From positions 1 to 64,000 of the forward strand of contig VRVR01000062.1 of assembly GCA_009859145.1 (NCBI GenBank): a DNA stretch of 64,000 nt, in the 5' to 3' direction. Shown in pieces: positions 19,297 through 29,080 of this stretch. The position numbers and the translations under genes are program-made. The notes beneath the pieces were generated by a model, which ran no database searches, had not been told where the DNA came from, and saw nothing but the letters and a program-made list of their open reading frames with translations. The stretch comes from Andalucia godoyi And28 (Eukaryota; Protista; Jakobida). Numbering within the stretch: the stretch's first letter is position 1; every line of letters begins with the position of its first letter.

Positions 19297-21690
19297 ATGA
19301 GCAGTCTAGATCGATTTCGCGAAGCCTTTTCGCGTCTCGAGTCGGATTACCTCGCGCTGCAGTCTGAAAATGCATATCTACGACAGCAGCTCCAAAGACT
19401 CGGGAATGCACCTTCTTCTTCGTCGTCGTCGTCTTCTTCCACAACGACAGTTATTGCGTCGAGTGCCAATTCCGGTGTTGGTACCGGTGGTGCTGCGTCT
19501 GCGTCTGCATCGGTTGTGGAAGCGGGTGCGGCGACGACGGCTGGAACGCGGATTCTGCGGTCGTTGCAGCACAAGTTTGTGAATGCAGCGTCGACGCACC
19601 GGCGATCGAAGCCTGCTGAGCAATGGAGACCGATATCTGCGTATGCGGGACACACGGACGGCATCTGGGACATTTCATTCTGCCCGTCGCCGTACCTCTC
19701 CTCAGCCAGCGGCTCTGGCAGCGGTGGTGGGCTGGTATTTGCGACTGCCTCTGCGGATCGGACGGTGCGCATATGGTCCTATGCAAACACAGCGCTCCTA
19801 TCGAGCATTTCGCTCCAGTCGACCGCAAGATCTGTCGCGTTCTACCCATCAGCCGCACTTGCACTTCCACTGATGGCCGTCGGGTGTGGAAACGGTGCCG
19901 TGTCCCTGGTCCGCCTCGGTGCTGGTGCTGGTGTTGGCACGGCGACTGCGTCAGCGCAGGTGTGCGACGATTTTCCGCGGTATTTCTACGCAGCGCATCT
20001 CAAACGGTCTTATCCTACTCTTCTTCCCAAACCGGGAAAGCCAGCGAGCGCGCATTCCCAGCAGGCACTCAAGAACCCAAAAGACAAGGACAAGGACAAG
20101 GACAAGGAGAGAGGAAAGGGAAGAGAAAAGGACAGGGAGAGAGAACGAGAACGGGACAGGGACAGGGACAGGGACAGGGACAAAGAGAGAAGAGATCGGG
20201 ATGCGGACAATGATATCAAGAGCGAAACGTCCTTTACCTTTGGTCCTGCCTCGTATCGCGAGCAAATCAGGCTGTCGCATGGAAATGGCCTCGGCGGTGG
20301 GCTTGGAGGTGCCGGGATGGTGTCTCGGAGCGTGAGTGTGCTCGAGCTTGATACGGACGACGCAGGTGGGACCGACAGTGATGACTATGAGGATGACGAT
20401 GAGTACGATATGGATGAGGAGGATATGGAAGACTTGGAAGACGACGCTGCGCTTGCGCTTGCCGTGGACGCAGACGGCGAAGACGATGGTGAGTCCAGCA
20501 GCGATAGTGGAAACGAACCAGCCGATCCTTCCGCTTCCTCTTTTCCGTCTTCTGCAGCAGCCCATTCGGTATCTGGAACTGGATCAGCAACAGCAACAGG
20601 ATTGCCGCTCTCTGTTTCAACGCCGATAGTTTTTCCTTTCACAACAGGGGCGGCGGCGGCAGGGATGGCCTCTGCAACGGGTAGCCTCTGCATGCAAGGG
20701 GGCCATCCGACGCTTAGTGGGCTTCAGCGATGGATCAATGACTGCGTTCCTGCGCAGCCACACATGTACACGTTTTCGCTGCCGCCTGCCTCGGCGAACC
20801 GTCGAGCCGTGACTGGTGTCTGCTGGCACGCGGCTGCGGGTTTCGAAGGAGTTCTGGCGGTCAGCACCATGAGCGGTGGGCTTGGAACTGGTGTATATGG
20901 ATTGCGAGAAGGAAGCGATGTGCCAGTATTGTTGAGTTCGCACTCGGCCTCCACGCTCGGTGCAGACTGCTTTGATATTGCGTGCCATGCAACGCAGCCG
21001 CTGATTGCGCCTGCAAGCTCAGACGGCCGACTTTTGATCTTTGACATTCGGTCTGCGAGCGAAAAGGCTGTTTCTGCCTCATATGCGCATGCCGAAGAAG
21101 TCAATTCGGTGGCTTTCTTCCCAAGAGTCGAGTCCCTTGTGGCCACGGCATCCGAAGACCAGTCCGTCAAGCTCTGGGACATGCGATCCACGCGCGCCCC
21201 ACTGTGCGCATTCCACTTTTCGTCCGCTGCGAACAGAATCGGCGTGGCTGCGAACGGCATGATTGCGGTCCCTACCGATCGCAAGCGGACAACTATTCTA
21301 GCCCCCTCAGCCTATGCTGCGCAGCAGTGTGAACTGGGGGCGGCGCAGCACAAGGATGGTAGCAGCGTCAGTGTCAATGCCAGTGGTAGTGGTAGTGGTA
21401 CTGGTGGTGGTGGTGGTGGTGGTATTGGTGGAAATAACAGCAGCAGAGAGGCCGCTGGAAGAAACGGAAACGGCGGTCGCATGGTTGCTCATCTCGAGCA
21501 TCGTGAATACGGACATGCGGCACCTGTCATGGTCGCAAAGTGGACCCCAGATGGATCCGCTGTCGTGTCCGCTGCATTTGATGGCTCTTGCATTGCTTGG
21601 GCAAACGACAGTCTCGGCTCCTCAAAGACCGCGAAGCAAACATCAGTCATTCACACCACCGATGACGACTCGGATGTCCATGCTGACTAG
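19297..21690 (+). CDS. WD40 protein with N-terminal coiled coil, WDR37-like
   Basis: FREAFSRLESDYLALQSENAYLRQQL coiled coil, then YAGHTDGIWDISF, FATASADRTVRIWS, ACHATQPLIA, SEDQSVKLWDMR and a final GH...AFDGSCIAW. Order and motifs resemble WDR37. Long low-complexity inserts. Confidence 0.75.
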   Translation: MSSLDRFREAFSRLESDYLALQSENAYLRQQLQRLGNAPSSSSSSSSSTTTVIASSANSGVGTGGAASASASVVEAGAATTAGTRILRSLQHKFVNAASTHRRSKPAEQWRPISAYAGHTDGIWDISFCPSPYLSSASGSGSGGGLVFATASADRTVRIWSYANTALLSSISLQSTARSVAFYPSAALALPLMAVGCGNGAVSLVRLGAGAGVGTATASAQVCDDFPRYFYAAHLKRSYPTLLPKPGKPASAHSQQALKNPKDKDKDKDKERGKGREKDRERERERDRDRDRDRDKERRDRDADNDIKSETSFTFGPASYREQIRLSHGNGLGGGLGGAGMVSRSVSVLELDTDDAGGTDSDDYEDDDEYDMDEEDMEDLEDDAALALAVDADGEDDGESSSDSGNEPADPSASSFPSSAAAHSVSGTGSATATGLPLSVSTPIVFPFTTGAAAAGMASATGSLCMQGGHPTLSGLQRWINDCVPAQPHMYTFSLPPASANRRAVTGVCWHAAAGFEGVLAVSTMSGGLGTGVYGLREGSDVPVLLSSHSASTLGADCFDIACHATQPLIAPASSDGRLLIFDIRSASEKAVSASYAHAEEVNSVAFFPRVESLVATASEDQSVKLWDMRSTRAPLCAFHFSSAANRIGVAANGMIAVPTDRKRTTILAPSAYAAQQCELGAAQHKDGSSVSVNASGSGSGTGGGGGGGIGGNNSSREAAGRNGNGGRMVAHLEHREYGHAAPVMVAKWTPDGSAVVSAAFDGSCIAWANDSLGSSKTAKQTSVIHTTDDDSDVHAD

Positions 21691-21850
21691 TGCTCTTTCA
21701 CTCTCCGATCAATGCCCCGTGTATCCTCCTTCGTCTTTATCCCTTCTTTATTACTTTTTTTACATATATATTTGGTTGTCGTTTTTTGTTTTTTGTTTTT
21801 TTTTTTTGGTTTTCGCGATATGAAAAGTACTGCAGAAGAGTATGAATCAG

Positions 21851-22170
21851 AGAGACACATGTCTGGGGCATGCTGCGGTCATTCGTTTTGGGTGATGCTG
21901 ATCGACGCCACTAAGCATCATCGTCGTCAATGGTGCTTTGGGCAGCAACATGATGATCATCATAGCATTTTCCTCGTTCTTTTTCTTCTTCCCTTTCTTT
22001 TTCTTGACCGTCTTTTTCTTTTTTGGGCTTGTTTTTTTAAGTTTCACTTGCAAATAGCGTCCACTGAAAGAATGACGTCGCTTGTTGTTTCCCTTGGCTG
22101 TTGCTTCATTTGTCCTGAATTGATTGCATGCCTGCTGTACGTTTACTCGCGGCTGCCGAATTCTGTGTGA
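21851..22170 (+). pseudogene. Degenerate duplicate of the promoter, 5' UTR and signal-peptide start of the 18314 GPI-protein gene
   Basis: 21865-22105 aligns with 18075-18345, including AAGTTTCACTTGCAAATAGCGTCCACTGAA(G/A)GAATGA. The copy's ATG (22072) gives only 32 codons before a stop. Confidence 0.75.
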
Positions 22171-22370
22171 GGAAAATAAAGGGAGTACCGTAAGGGAATA
22201 AATCTATGTGGCTTGATTCTAGAGACCTAGACGACTCCGCGTCAGCACTCAGGAAGGGACTCCTCTTTGATTTCCTTTTTCCTCTCTCTTCACCCGATTG
22301 CTTCTTGGCGCTTCGCCACCGTGATTTGAGTCAACACGAGGTGTTGGGAAAGGATGGTGGAGAGCGAGTA

Positions 22371-22709
22371 ATGGGTCAGTCTTTTTCAGTAGCATTGCCA
22401 GCTAGCGACTCTCGGGCACTTTCACTTTCGCTGACTGAGCGCTTGCGACCCGCGTCGGCATCCGCGTCGGCATCCGCGTCGGCATCCGCGTCGGCATCCG
22501 AGTCGATTGTGGAAAAGGAGTGTCGATACTGCGGTCAACGGTCGTACCGTATTGGCGAGTTTCGGAGCGCGGGGTCTCTGTGGTCCAAGATCCTCAATGT
22601 GCAGTCGCGGCGGTTCCTGACGATTGTGTGCACAGAGTGCGGCCACACCCGGGCTTTCGAGGTCCGCCAGTCCCTCCTCTGGAACCTCCCAGACCTTCTC
22701 ATTCGCTGA
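22371..22709 (+). CDS. Zn-ribbon protein of bacterial/archaeal DUF2082 (PF09855) type with N-terminal extension
   Basis: MGQSFS start; Ala-Ser linker encoded by a perfect 12-bp repeat (CCGCGTCGGCAT x4, 22450-22497); CRYCGQ...GEFRSAGSLWSKILNVQSRRFLTIVCTECGHT. Confidence 0.7.
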   Translation: MGQSFSVALPASDSRALSLSLTERLRPASASASASASASASASESIVEKECRYCGQRSYRIGEFRSAGSLWSKILNVQSRRFLTIVCTECGHTRAFEVRQSLLWNLPDLLIR

Positions 22710-22788
22710 CGCGAAACGGCCGTAGTAGCAGCGCAAACGTTTTTACAGTTTACATAAAATAAAAAAGACGGCAAAACGCAATGGACGA

Positions 22789-23112
22789 TCAAATGATGTC
22801 TCGAAAGGACGAGGCCGAGGCGGCGGGTCTCGGGAGCTCGGGGGCCTTTTCTACAATGGATTTCAGACGGGCGTCGATTTGGGATTCCGAGAGACCTGAG
22901 AGCAGGACTTGCTGCTCGTGGTCTGCGCGCACAATGACCTTTGGTTCGACACCTGTCGACTCTCGGACAAGGATCATTGTCGACGGATTGAGCGTCTTGA
23001 GCACTGCGTACTGCGTCGACAGCCAACCGCGGACCGCAGACGACGATGCTGCGCTTGGATCATACAGAATTCGAAGCTCAAGAACCTTTTTCGAAAGACT
23101 TGCCTTCCACAT
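22789..23112 (-). CDS. NDUFA2: NADH dehydrogenase (complex I) subunit B8
   Basis: MWKASLSKKVLELRILYDPS...LKTLNPSTMILVRESTGVEPKVIVRAD; L51/S25/CI-B8 pattern; ATG at 23112. Confidence 0.85.
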   Translation of the reverse strand: MWKASLSKKVLELRILYDPSAASSSAVRGWLSTQYAVLKTLNPSTMILVRESTGVEPKVIVRADHEQQVLLSGLSESQIDARLKSIVEKAPELPRPAASASSFRDII

Positions 23113-23896
23113 TTCTCGCAAATGTGTTTTCGCTCGGATCTCGTGATGCTTTCTGCACGCAAAACAACGCCGCATGCGCATTATAGAAACCCCCTCTCCA
23201 AGCTCCTCCTCCATTCGACCTCTCTTTTTTTTTCCCTGCATGTCATGTCATGTCAGCCACTCCCGGCCGGCTGTCATACTTGAGACTTTGAGACTTGAAT
23301 CTCCAACTCGTTTTCGCTTTTTCCCGAGGTTTCCTCAACTCTCACAAACACAAACACAATCACACTCACACTCACACACACGCAGAGAGAGAGAGAGAGA
23401 GAGAGAGAGGAAGACACAATTGCAATTTGCCCTACCTTTGGCTTTTGACTGCTGCACTCATTACGCCTTCTTGGTTTTTCTCTTCTGCTTATCATTGTGT
23501 CCTTTCCGTTCATATCGTCATTTATCTTCTATATTTTTTATTTAATTTTTGTTTTGTTTTTTGTTTTGTTTTGTATTGGTTGGTTGGTTCTCAGTCCAAT
23601 TCTCGCTCTTTCGCTCTCTTTTTCTTTCTCTGCTTTCTTTCTTTCTTTCTTACACACACACACTCTCACTCTCTCTCTCACTCGCTCTCGCATCTCCACC
23701 TTCTCTTGTTGCATTCTCGGACGTATATATCATACTTCTTCTATCCGATTTGACCTGCAGTTTTTTTCTATTTTTTGGTAGCGCTTGGGTTTTTGAGTCC
23801 TTTTTTTTTTTTATAATCACTTTTACTTTTCTATTATTATCATTGCTATTGTAATTACTGTTTTATTATCACATATCAAAATTGAGCTGGTGAGGA

Positions 23897-24514
23897 ATGA
23901 CCGAGGATTTTTCGAGCAAGCACCGACTTGAGAATCGGTGGACGTTTTTTTTCGAGGAGCCTAGTTTCAGCACGAATGCCGATTCGTGGGAGTCGAATGC
24001 GCAGCCGATCCACCATGCGGACACTGTGGAAGACTTTTGGGCCGTGTTTGACAACATTCCTGCGCCGTCGAAGCTGAACACGGGCTCGACGTACTATCTG
24101 ATGAAGAACGACGTGACGCCGACATGGGAACATCCAATGAACAAGGTCGGTGGCCGCTGGGTGTATCAGCTCGAAAAGCGGTCGACTGATGATTCGGACA
24201 AGGTCTGGCTGGATGCGTGCCTTGCGTGCATCGGAGAGAGCTTTTCGCACGGCGAGGCAGTCTGTGGATGCGTCGCACAAGTCAGGGCGAAGGGAAACAG
24301 AATCGCACTCTGGGTCTCCTCGGCCGAATCAGAAGACATTGTCATGGCCCTTGGCCAGGAGTTCAAGAACGCCCTCGAGCTTACATCTGCACAGAAGATT
24401 GCTTTCAGCATGCACGACACGGGAGCCGTGGTCCCAGCGTCCACTCCCGGGAAGACCCCAAGCGGAATGTCAAAGTCCAGAAAGAATAGAAGAGACGAGA
24501 TGTTTTCCCTGTAG
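23897..24514 (+). CDS. eIF4E: Translation initiation factor eIF4E
   Basis: HRLENRW, TVEDFW, PTWEHPMNKVGGRW, RIALW; cap-binding aromatic residues and Glu retained. Confidence 0.95.
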   Translation: MTEDFSSKHRLENRWTFFFEEPSFSTNADSWESNAQPIHHADTVEDFWAVFDNIPAPSKLNTGSTYYLMKNDVTPTWEHPMNKVGGRWVYQLEKRSTDDSDKVWLDACLACIGESFSHGEAVCGCVAQVRAKGNRIALWVSSAESEDIVMALGQEFKNALELTSAQKIAFSMHDTGAVVPASTPGKTPSGMSKSRKNRRDEMFSL

Positions 24515-24816
24515 CAGCCCCTCGCCCCTCGCCGTAGCCGCAGCCGCAGCCTTTGTACGAAGGAAGAAGGAAGCACAGCCGCCAATCGTTATCCCCCCGA
24601 AAGCAGCGATTTCGCCTGGGCTATGCAGAGGACAGGGCGAACAAACCTGCACGTGGCTTCCAACCAATATCACGCGTGTTCTGGCACTGTGGTCGGTTTT
24701 TTTTTTTTTAAACATACTTCCTTGCGTCATGCGTAGATGTTACCGGAAAATAAATTGCAGAAAAAATCGGACCCGAAAAGAAGCTCACTGCATCGACCGT
24801 GATTCGCTTTGCCCAA

Positions 24817-25223
24817 CGCCTACGTTGCACACGGAGCATGGCCGGTGGGGGTTGGGTAGGCTCCCAGTACGCCCGAGGCGTTACATACCTGCTGCACGAT
24901 GAATCATCCCAAGGTTTTGCCAACGCCTCGGCTTCAATGCAAATCAATGTTGATCAGTGCTGGCAACACTCACGTCGCTTTCATGAGATTTATGCGTACA
25001 ACTCCCTACATGAGAAGCGTCGAGGCAGCCATCGCGCACTTCGCTTAAAGCAAAAGGGCGCTCAATATGATTGAATAATGCTTCAAACGTATCTTTTCGA
25101 GGACCAAAGCCAAGCGCGATCCATTTCGAACTCCACAGTGTTTGTGCTCTTCAGTTGCTTCGTCGTGGACTACAGCATCTTTGTATTCAGCAGCTTTGGT
25201 TATCAGATGCTGGCGAAAACGTC
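24817..25223. mobile_element. Dispersed repeat family, copy D (inverted, distal part) with a terminal-inverted-repeat-like end
   Basis: 24926-25223 is the reverse complement of 1334-1631. 24817-24840 matches 765-788 at 20 of 24 positions, in the opposite orientation to the body. Confidence 0.8.
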
Positions 25224-26040
25224 CATGGCAACATCAGATTCCATCTTGTCTAAATGAAGAGTCTCTCTTTGCATTCTTTTTCCGTGGCAGTTGTGCCGGA
25301 GCGGCGTGCGTGGTACTTTCGAATGGATTCGATGGAATAGAGGCGTTTGCGATTTACCCGATCTATCCAGAGGAAGCCCCGTCATCGTCTGAGCGTCATG
25401 AAAGAGATATCAAAGTGTTCTGGCTTTCACCGCGCTCGCTTCGAGGTACTTTTTTTTTTCACAGGATTCCGAATTTCGCATCTCATTTGGTTCGTTTTTA
25501 ATTTATAAAAATCTCGGTTCGAAGCATAACAAACGTCGTTTTTAATAAGAGTTGCCTGTAGGATGCATCGGGCATCGTACGATACGACGCACCGAACCGC
25601 ACCCTAGTTGTCTTTTTTTTTAACGGTGAATGAAACACTTAGCTGATCACCCATAATCAATGTTGCAACCCAACAACAATCGGGCATCGTGTGACGGAGT
25701 GGCCAAGATAACAGACGCATGTGCGTGGCGCGTGACAGTGGTTTTGTTTACGTGCGCTTCAGACTGCTTCATCATATCGCAACAAGCGGCAACGGTCGGT
25801 TTTTTTTTGGACATTCCCTTTTACCGGACAGCTGTCATTGTCATTGTCATTGTCTCTGACTGCCTTTTAATTTTCTTCTGTTGTTTTTTCGTTGGTTTGT
25901 TAATTAATTGCCTTTGTTTTGCTTTATAACCTTTGTTTTATTTATTTAGTTCGTATATTTTTGTTATTATTGTAATAGTGTGATTGTGCTTCTCTTTTTT
26001 TTTTTCTTTTTTCTTTTTTTTAATCTTTCTTTTTTCCGCT

Positions 26041-26087
<47 letters not shown>

Positions 26088-26122
26088 TTACTTGTTCCTT
26101 CTCGTTGTCACGTGACCGCTGG

Positions 26123-28708
26123 ATGATCTCCGTGGCTCGAAAGCCTGTGTCATCATCGCCCGCCTCATCAGTGTCAGTGTCAGTGTCAGTGTCAGCATCC
26201 GTACGCACCGCAACAACGACGGCGACTCCTCCTCCAAGTGCGACTACAACTCCGCATCATCATCACCACCATCCTCATCCTTTTCACTCAACAACGACTG
26301 CGGCGGCGACGACGACGAGTACGACTACTGCTGCTGCAGGATCGATGCTTCCTTCCTTGCAAACAACGTCCATGTCTGCTTCTACGTCTGCTGCGCAGAA
26401 TGTATATGCGCCGACAAAGCCACAGACTGCTCGGCCGCCTGCACAGGCCCAGCGCATCCACTCGGGCCGTCGATTGGCCCCTGCCACCGGCTCGGGCCCT
26501 GGCTCGGGGTCAGGCGCGGGCGCGGGCGCGGGCTCGGGCTCGGGGAGCGCTGGAGCACCACCACCCGCTGTCACATCCTCGTCCACGTCGCAGCCAGACT
26601 TGACGTCCTCGATGGGTGCGACGGGAACTGCGAATGGATCTACTGGCTCTTCTTTGTCTGGTGCCAACAGCGCCGGTGCTGGTGCTGCTGCCGGTGCCGG
26701 TACTGGTTCTGCAGCTACGAGTGGGGGTGGTGGGTATACATGTGCGATGGTGCTGCGCGAATATGCGTCGCAGCTGACTGACTTTGAGCAGGGCGAGATT
26801 CTAGAGTATCCGCACGTGTGGTACTGGGGCGGCAAGGCAGCGAGCGGCGTGAAGGTGCGTGGAAGCATCACATCGACACGGAGCAACCATGGGTATGATG
26901 ATGAGCGAGGAGACTACTTGGTGACGATGCACGACCATGTAGGGTATCGGTATGAAGTGGTGTCGATGCTTGGACGAGGGTCGTTTGGCCAGGTAGCCAA
27001 GGTGCTTGATCACAAGACGAATGCAATGTGCGCACTCAAGGTGATCCGCAACAAGAAGAGATTTCATCACCAGGCGCTGATTGAGGTGCGGATTCTGGAG
27101 ACGCTGCGAGACAATGATAGGGAAGAGCGCTACCACTGCGTGCGGCTGCTGGAGCATTTCTACTTCCGCAGCCACTTGTGCATCACGTTTGAGCTGCTGA
27201 GCATCAATCTGTACGAGTTCATCAAGGCCAATCACTTCCAAGGACTGAGTCTCAACCTGATCCGCAGATTCGCAATTCAGATTCTAACGTCCCTCAAGTA
27301 TATCCACGCACTGAACATCATCCACTGCGATCTCAAGCCAGAAAACATCTTGCTCAAGACACCCACAAAATCAGGAATCAAGATCATCGACTTGGGATCG
27401 TCGTGCTTTGAAGACGAGAGAATCTACACGTACATCCAGTCGCGATTCTATCGCTCTGCAGAAGTCATCCTCGGCATTCCGTACGGCCGCCCAATCGATA
27501 TGTGGTCGTTTGGTTGCATCCTCGCGGAGCTCTACACGGGATATCCGCTCTTTCCGGGAGAAGACGAAATGGAGCAAATGGCATGCATCATGGAGATCTT
27601 TGGGCTGCCGCCGCGACGAATGATCGAACTCAGCTCTCGTAGAAAGCAGTTCTTTGACGAAAAGGGATTTCCCAAAATCGTGCCGAATTCAAGAGGGAAA
27701 AAGAGAAAGCCGGCTTCAAGAGACCTCGCATCCGCCATCCGCTGCAACGACGCGCTCTTCCTCAACTTTCTGGAACGGTGCTTGAAATGGGACCCTGCAG
27801 AACGGATGACAGCCGAAGAAGGGCTTCGGCACGATTGGATCCTCGAAGCCCTCCAGCAGTCCCAGATCCAGCAACACCCATCGTCTACATCCTCATCTTC
27901 AGGGACCGGCCTGTCGTCTGCAATGCAACAATCAACAATTTCTGGACACCATAACAATAACAACAATGTGTCTGCTGCTGCCGCCCCTGCATCGTCGTCT
28001 TCAAATCTGAGCAATCTTCTTGCATCTACTTCGCATGGAAATGCAAATAGCTCGAGTTCTGGATCGTTGAAGAAGGGTGCTCCGGTACCACCGTTGTCGC
28101 TGACGAACATGCTTCCGCCCATTGTGTCGTCTTCGAATGCACCTCCAATGGTAGGAAATGCCGGATCGGGAGACTCAACACACCGTGGCCACCAGCACCT
28201 GTCGCATCCGTATCATCATTTCCACCAGTCCCACCACCACCATTCGAACCATCATCTGCACAGCCAACACCACCCCTTCAACAACTCGCACAGTATCAAC
28301 AGCAGTAATAGTAGCCACCACAACAACATTGCTATTAGCAGCAGCAGCGCATCATCGTCCAGCGGACTGCCCTTGATGGGGCAGAACAGCGGATCGTTTT
28401 CTGCTCGTGTGCACGGCGGACAGCTCAATTTGGGCACAGCCGCCGCCGCGACTGGCTCTGGATCGTCCGGTGCTTCTGTGTACAACAACAGCGCTGCATC
28501 TGGCTCCGGATTGGTGCACCAGTCAAGTGTTGGAACAGGCATCGGAGCGGCGCAACCACGACCACCTCCTTCTGCAGCGTTGGTTACGGCGCGCAGACAG
28601 GCGGGACCCGTCGTTCGCGACCCGCTGCATGCATGGATGTCGTCTCGACATGCTGCTGCTCTCGGATCTGGAAGCAGCAACAACAAGGGCAACTATACCG
28701 CTCGATGA
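26123..28708 (+). CDS. DYRK-family (class 2) dual-specificity protein kinase
   Basis: DH box GYDDERGDY, GRGSFGQV, HCDLKPEN, YTYIQSRFYR; long low-complexity termini. Start could be 26123 or 26345. Confidence 0.92.
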   Translation: MISVARKPVSSSPASSVSVSVSVSASVRTATTTATPPPSATTTPHHHHHHPHPFHSTTTAAATTTSTTTAAAGSMLPSLQTTSMSASTSAAQNVYAPTKPQTARPPAQAQRIHSGRRLAPATGSGPGSGSGAGAGAGSGSGSAGAPPPAVTSSSTSQPDLTSSMGATGTANGSTGSSLSGANSAGAGAAAGAGTGSAATSGGGGYTCAMVLREYASQLTDFEQGEILEYPHVWYWGGKAASGVKVRGSITSTRSNHGYDDERGDYLVTMHDHVGYRYEVVSMLGRGSFGQVAKVLDHKTNAMCALKVIRNKKRFHHQALIEVRILETLRDNDREERYHCVRLLEHFYFRSHLCITFELLSINLYEFIKANHFQGLSLNLIRRFAIQILTSLKYIHALNIIHCDLKPENILLKTPTKSGIKIIDLGSSCFEDERIYTYIQSRFYRSAEVILGIPYGRPIDMWSFGCILAELYTGYPLFPGEDEMEQMACIMEIFGLPPRRMIELSSRRKQFFDEKGFPKIVPNSRGKKRKPASRDLASAIRCNDALFLNFLERCLKWDPAERMTAEEGLRHDWILEALQQSQIQQHPSSTSSSSGTGLSSAMQQSTISGHHNNNNNVSAAAAPASSSSNLSNLLASTSHGNANSSSSGSLKKGAPVPPLSLTNMLPPIVSSSNAPPMVGNAGSGDSTHRGHQHLSHPYHHFHQSHHHHSNHHLHSQHHPFNNSHSINSSNSSHHNNIAISSSSASSSSGLPLMGQNSGSFSARVHGGQLNLGTAAAATGSGSSGASVYNNSAASGSGLVHQSSVGTGIGAAQPRPPPSAALVTARRQAGPVVRDPLHAWMSSRHAAALGSGSSNNKGNYTAR

Positions 28709-29080
28709 TGCTCTGTCGTCCGCCCACACTCCTCCCTCGTGATTGCTTGTTTGTTTGCTTGTCAGCCGGTATTTGATGTTTTCTACTTTCCCCCTTCAAA
28801 CCTCTTCCTTCCCCCCCCCCCCCCCGTCCTTCTCTCTGTAATATTATTGTTGTTTTTATTATTATTATTACTGCCCACTGGGCTGTGGCTCTGTGTTGTA
28901 GCATGACTCTGTTCTCCTACATATATTCCTGTAACATTTCTTTTTTCTTTTTTTCTTTTTTTTTTTTTCTTTTTCTTTGTTGATGTTGTAAAGCCCTCTC
29001 GTCGATGATTCATTTACTGGGGAAGTCTTTTTGCGTCGGGTGCCGTGGGACAGCGGTGTTTTCATCCTGTTTGGTAGATT

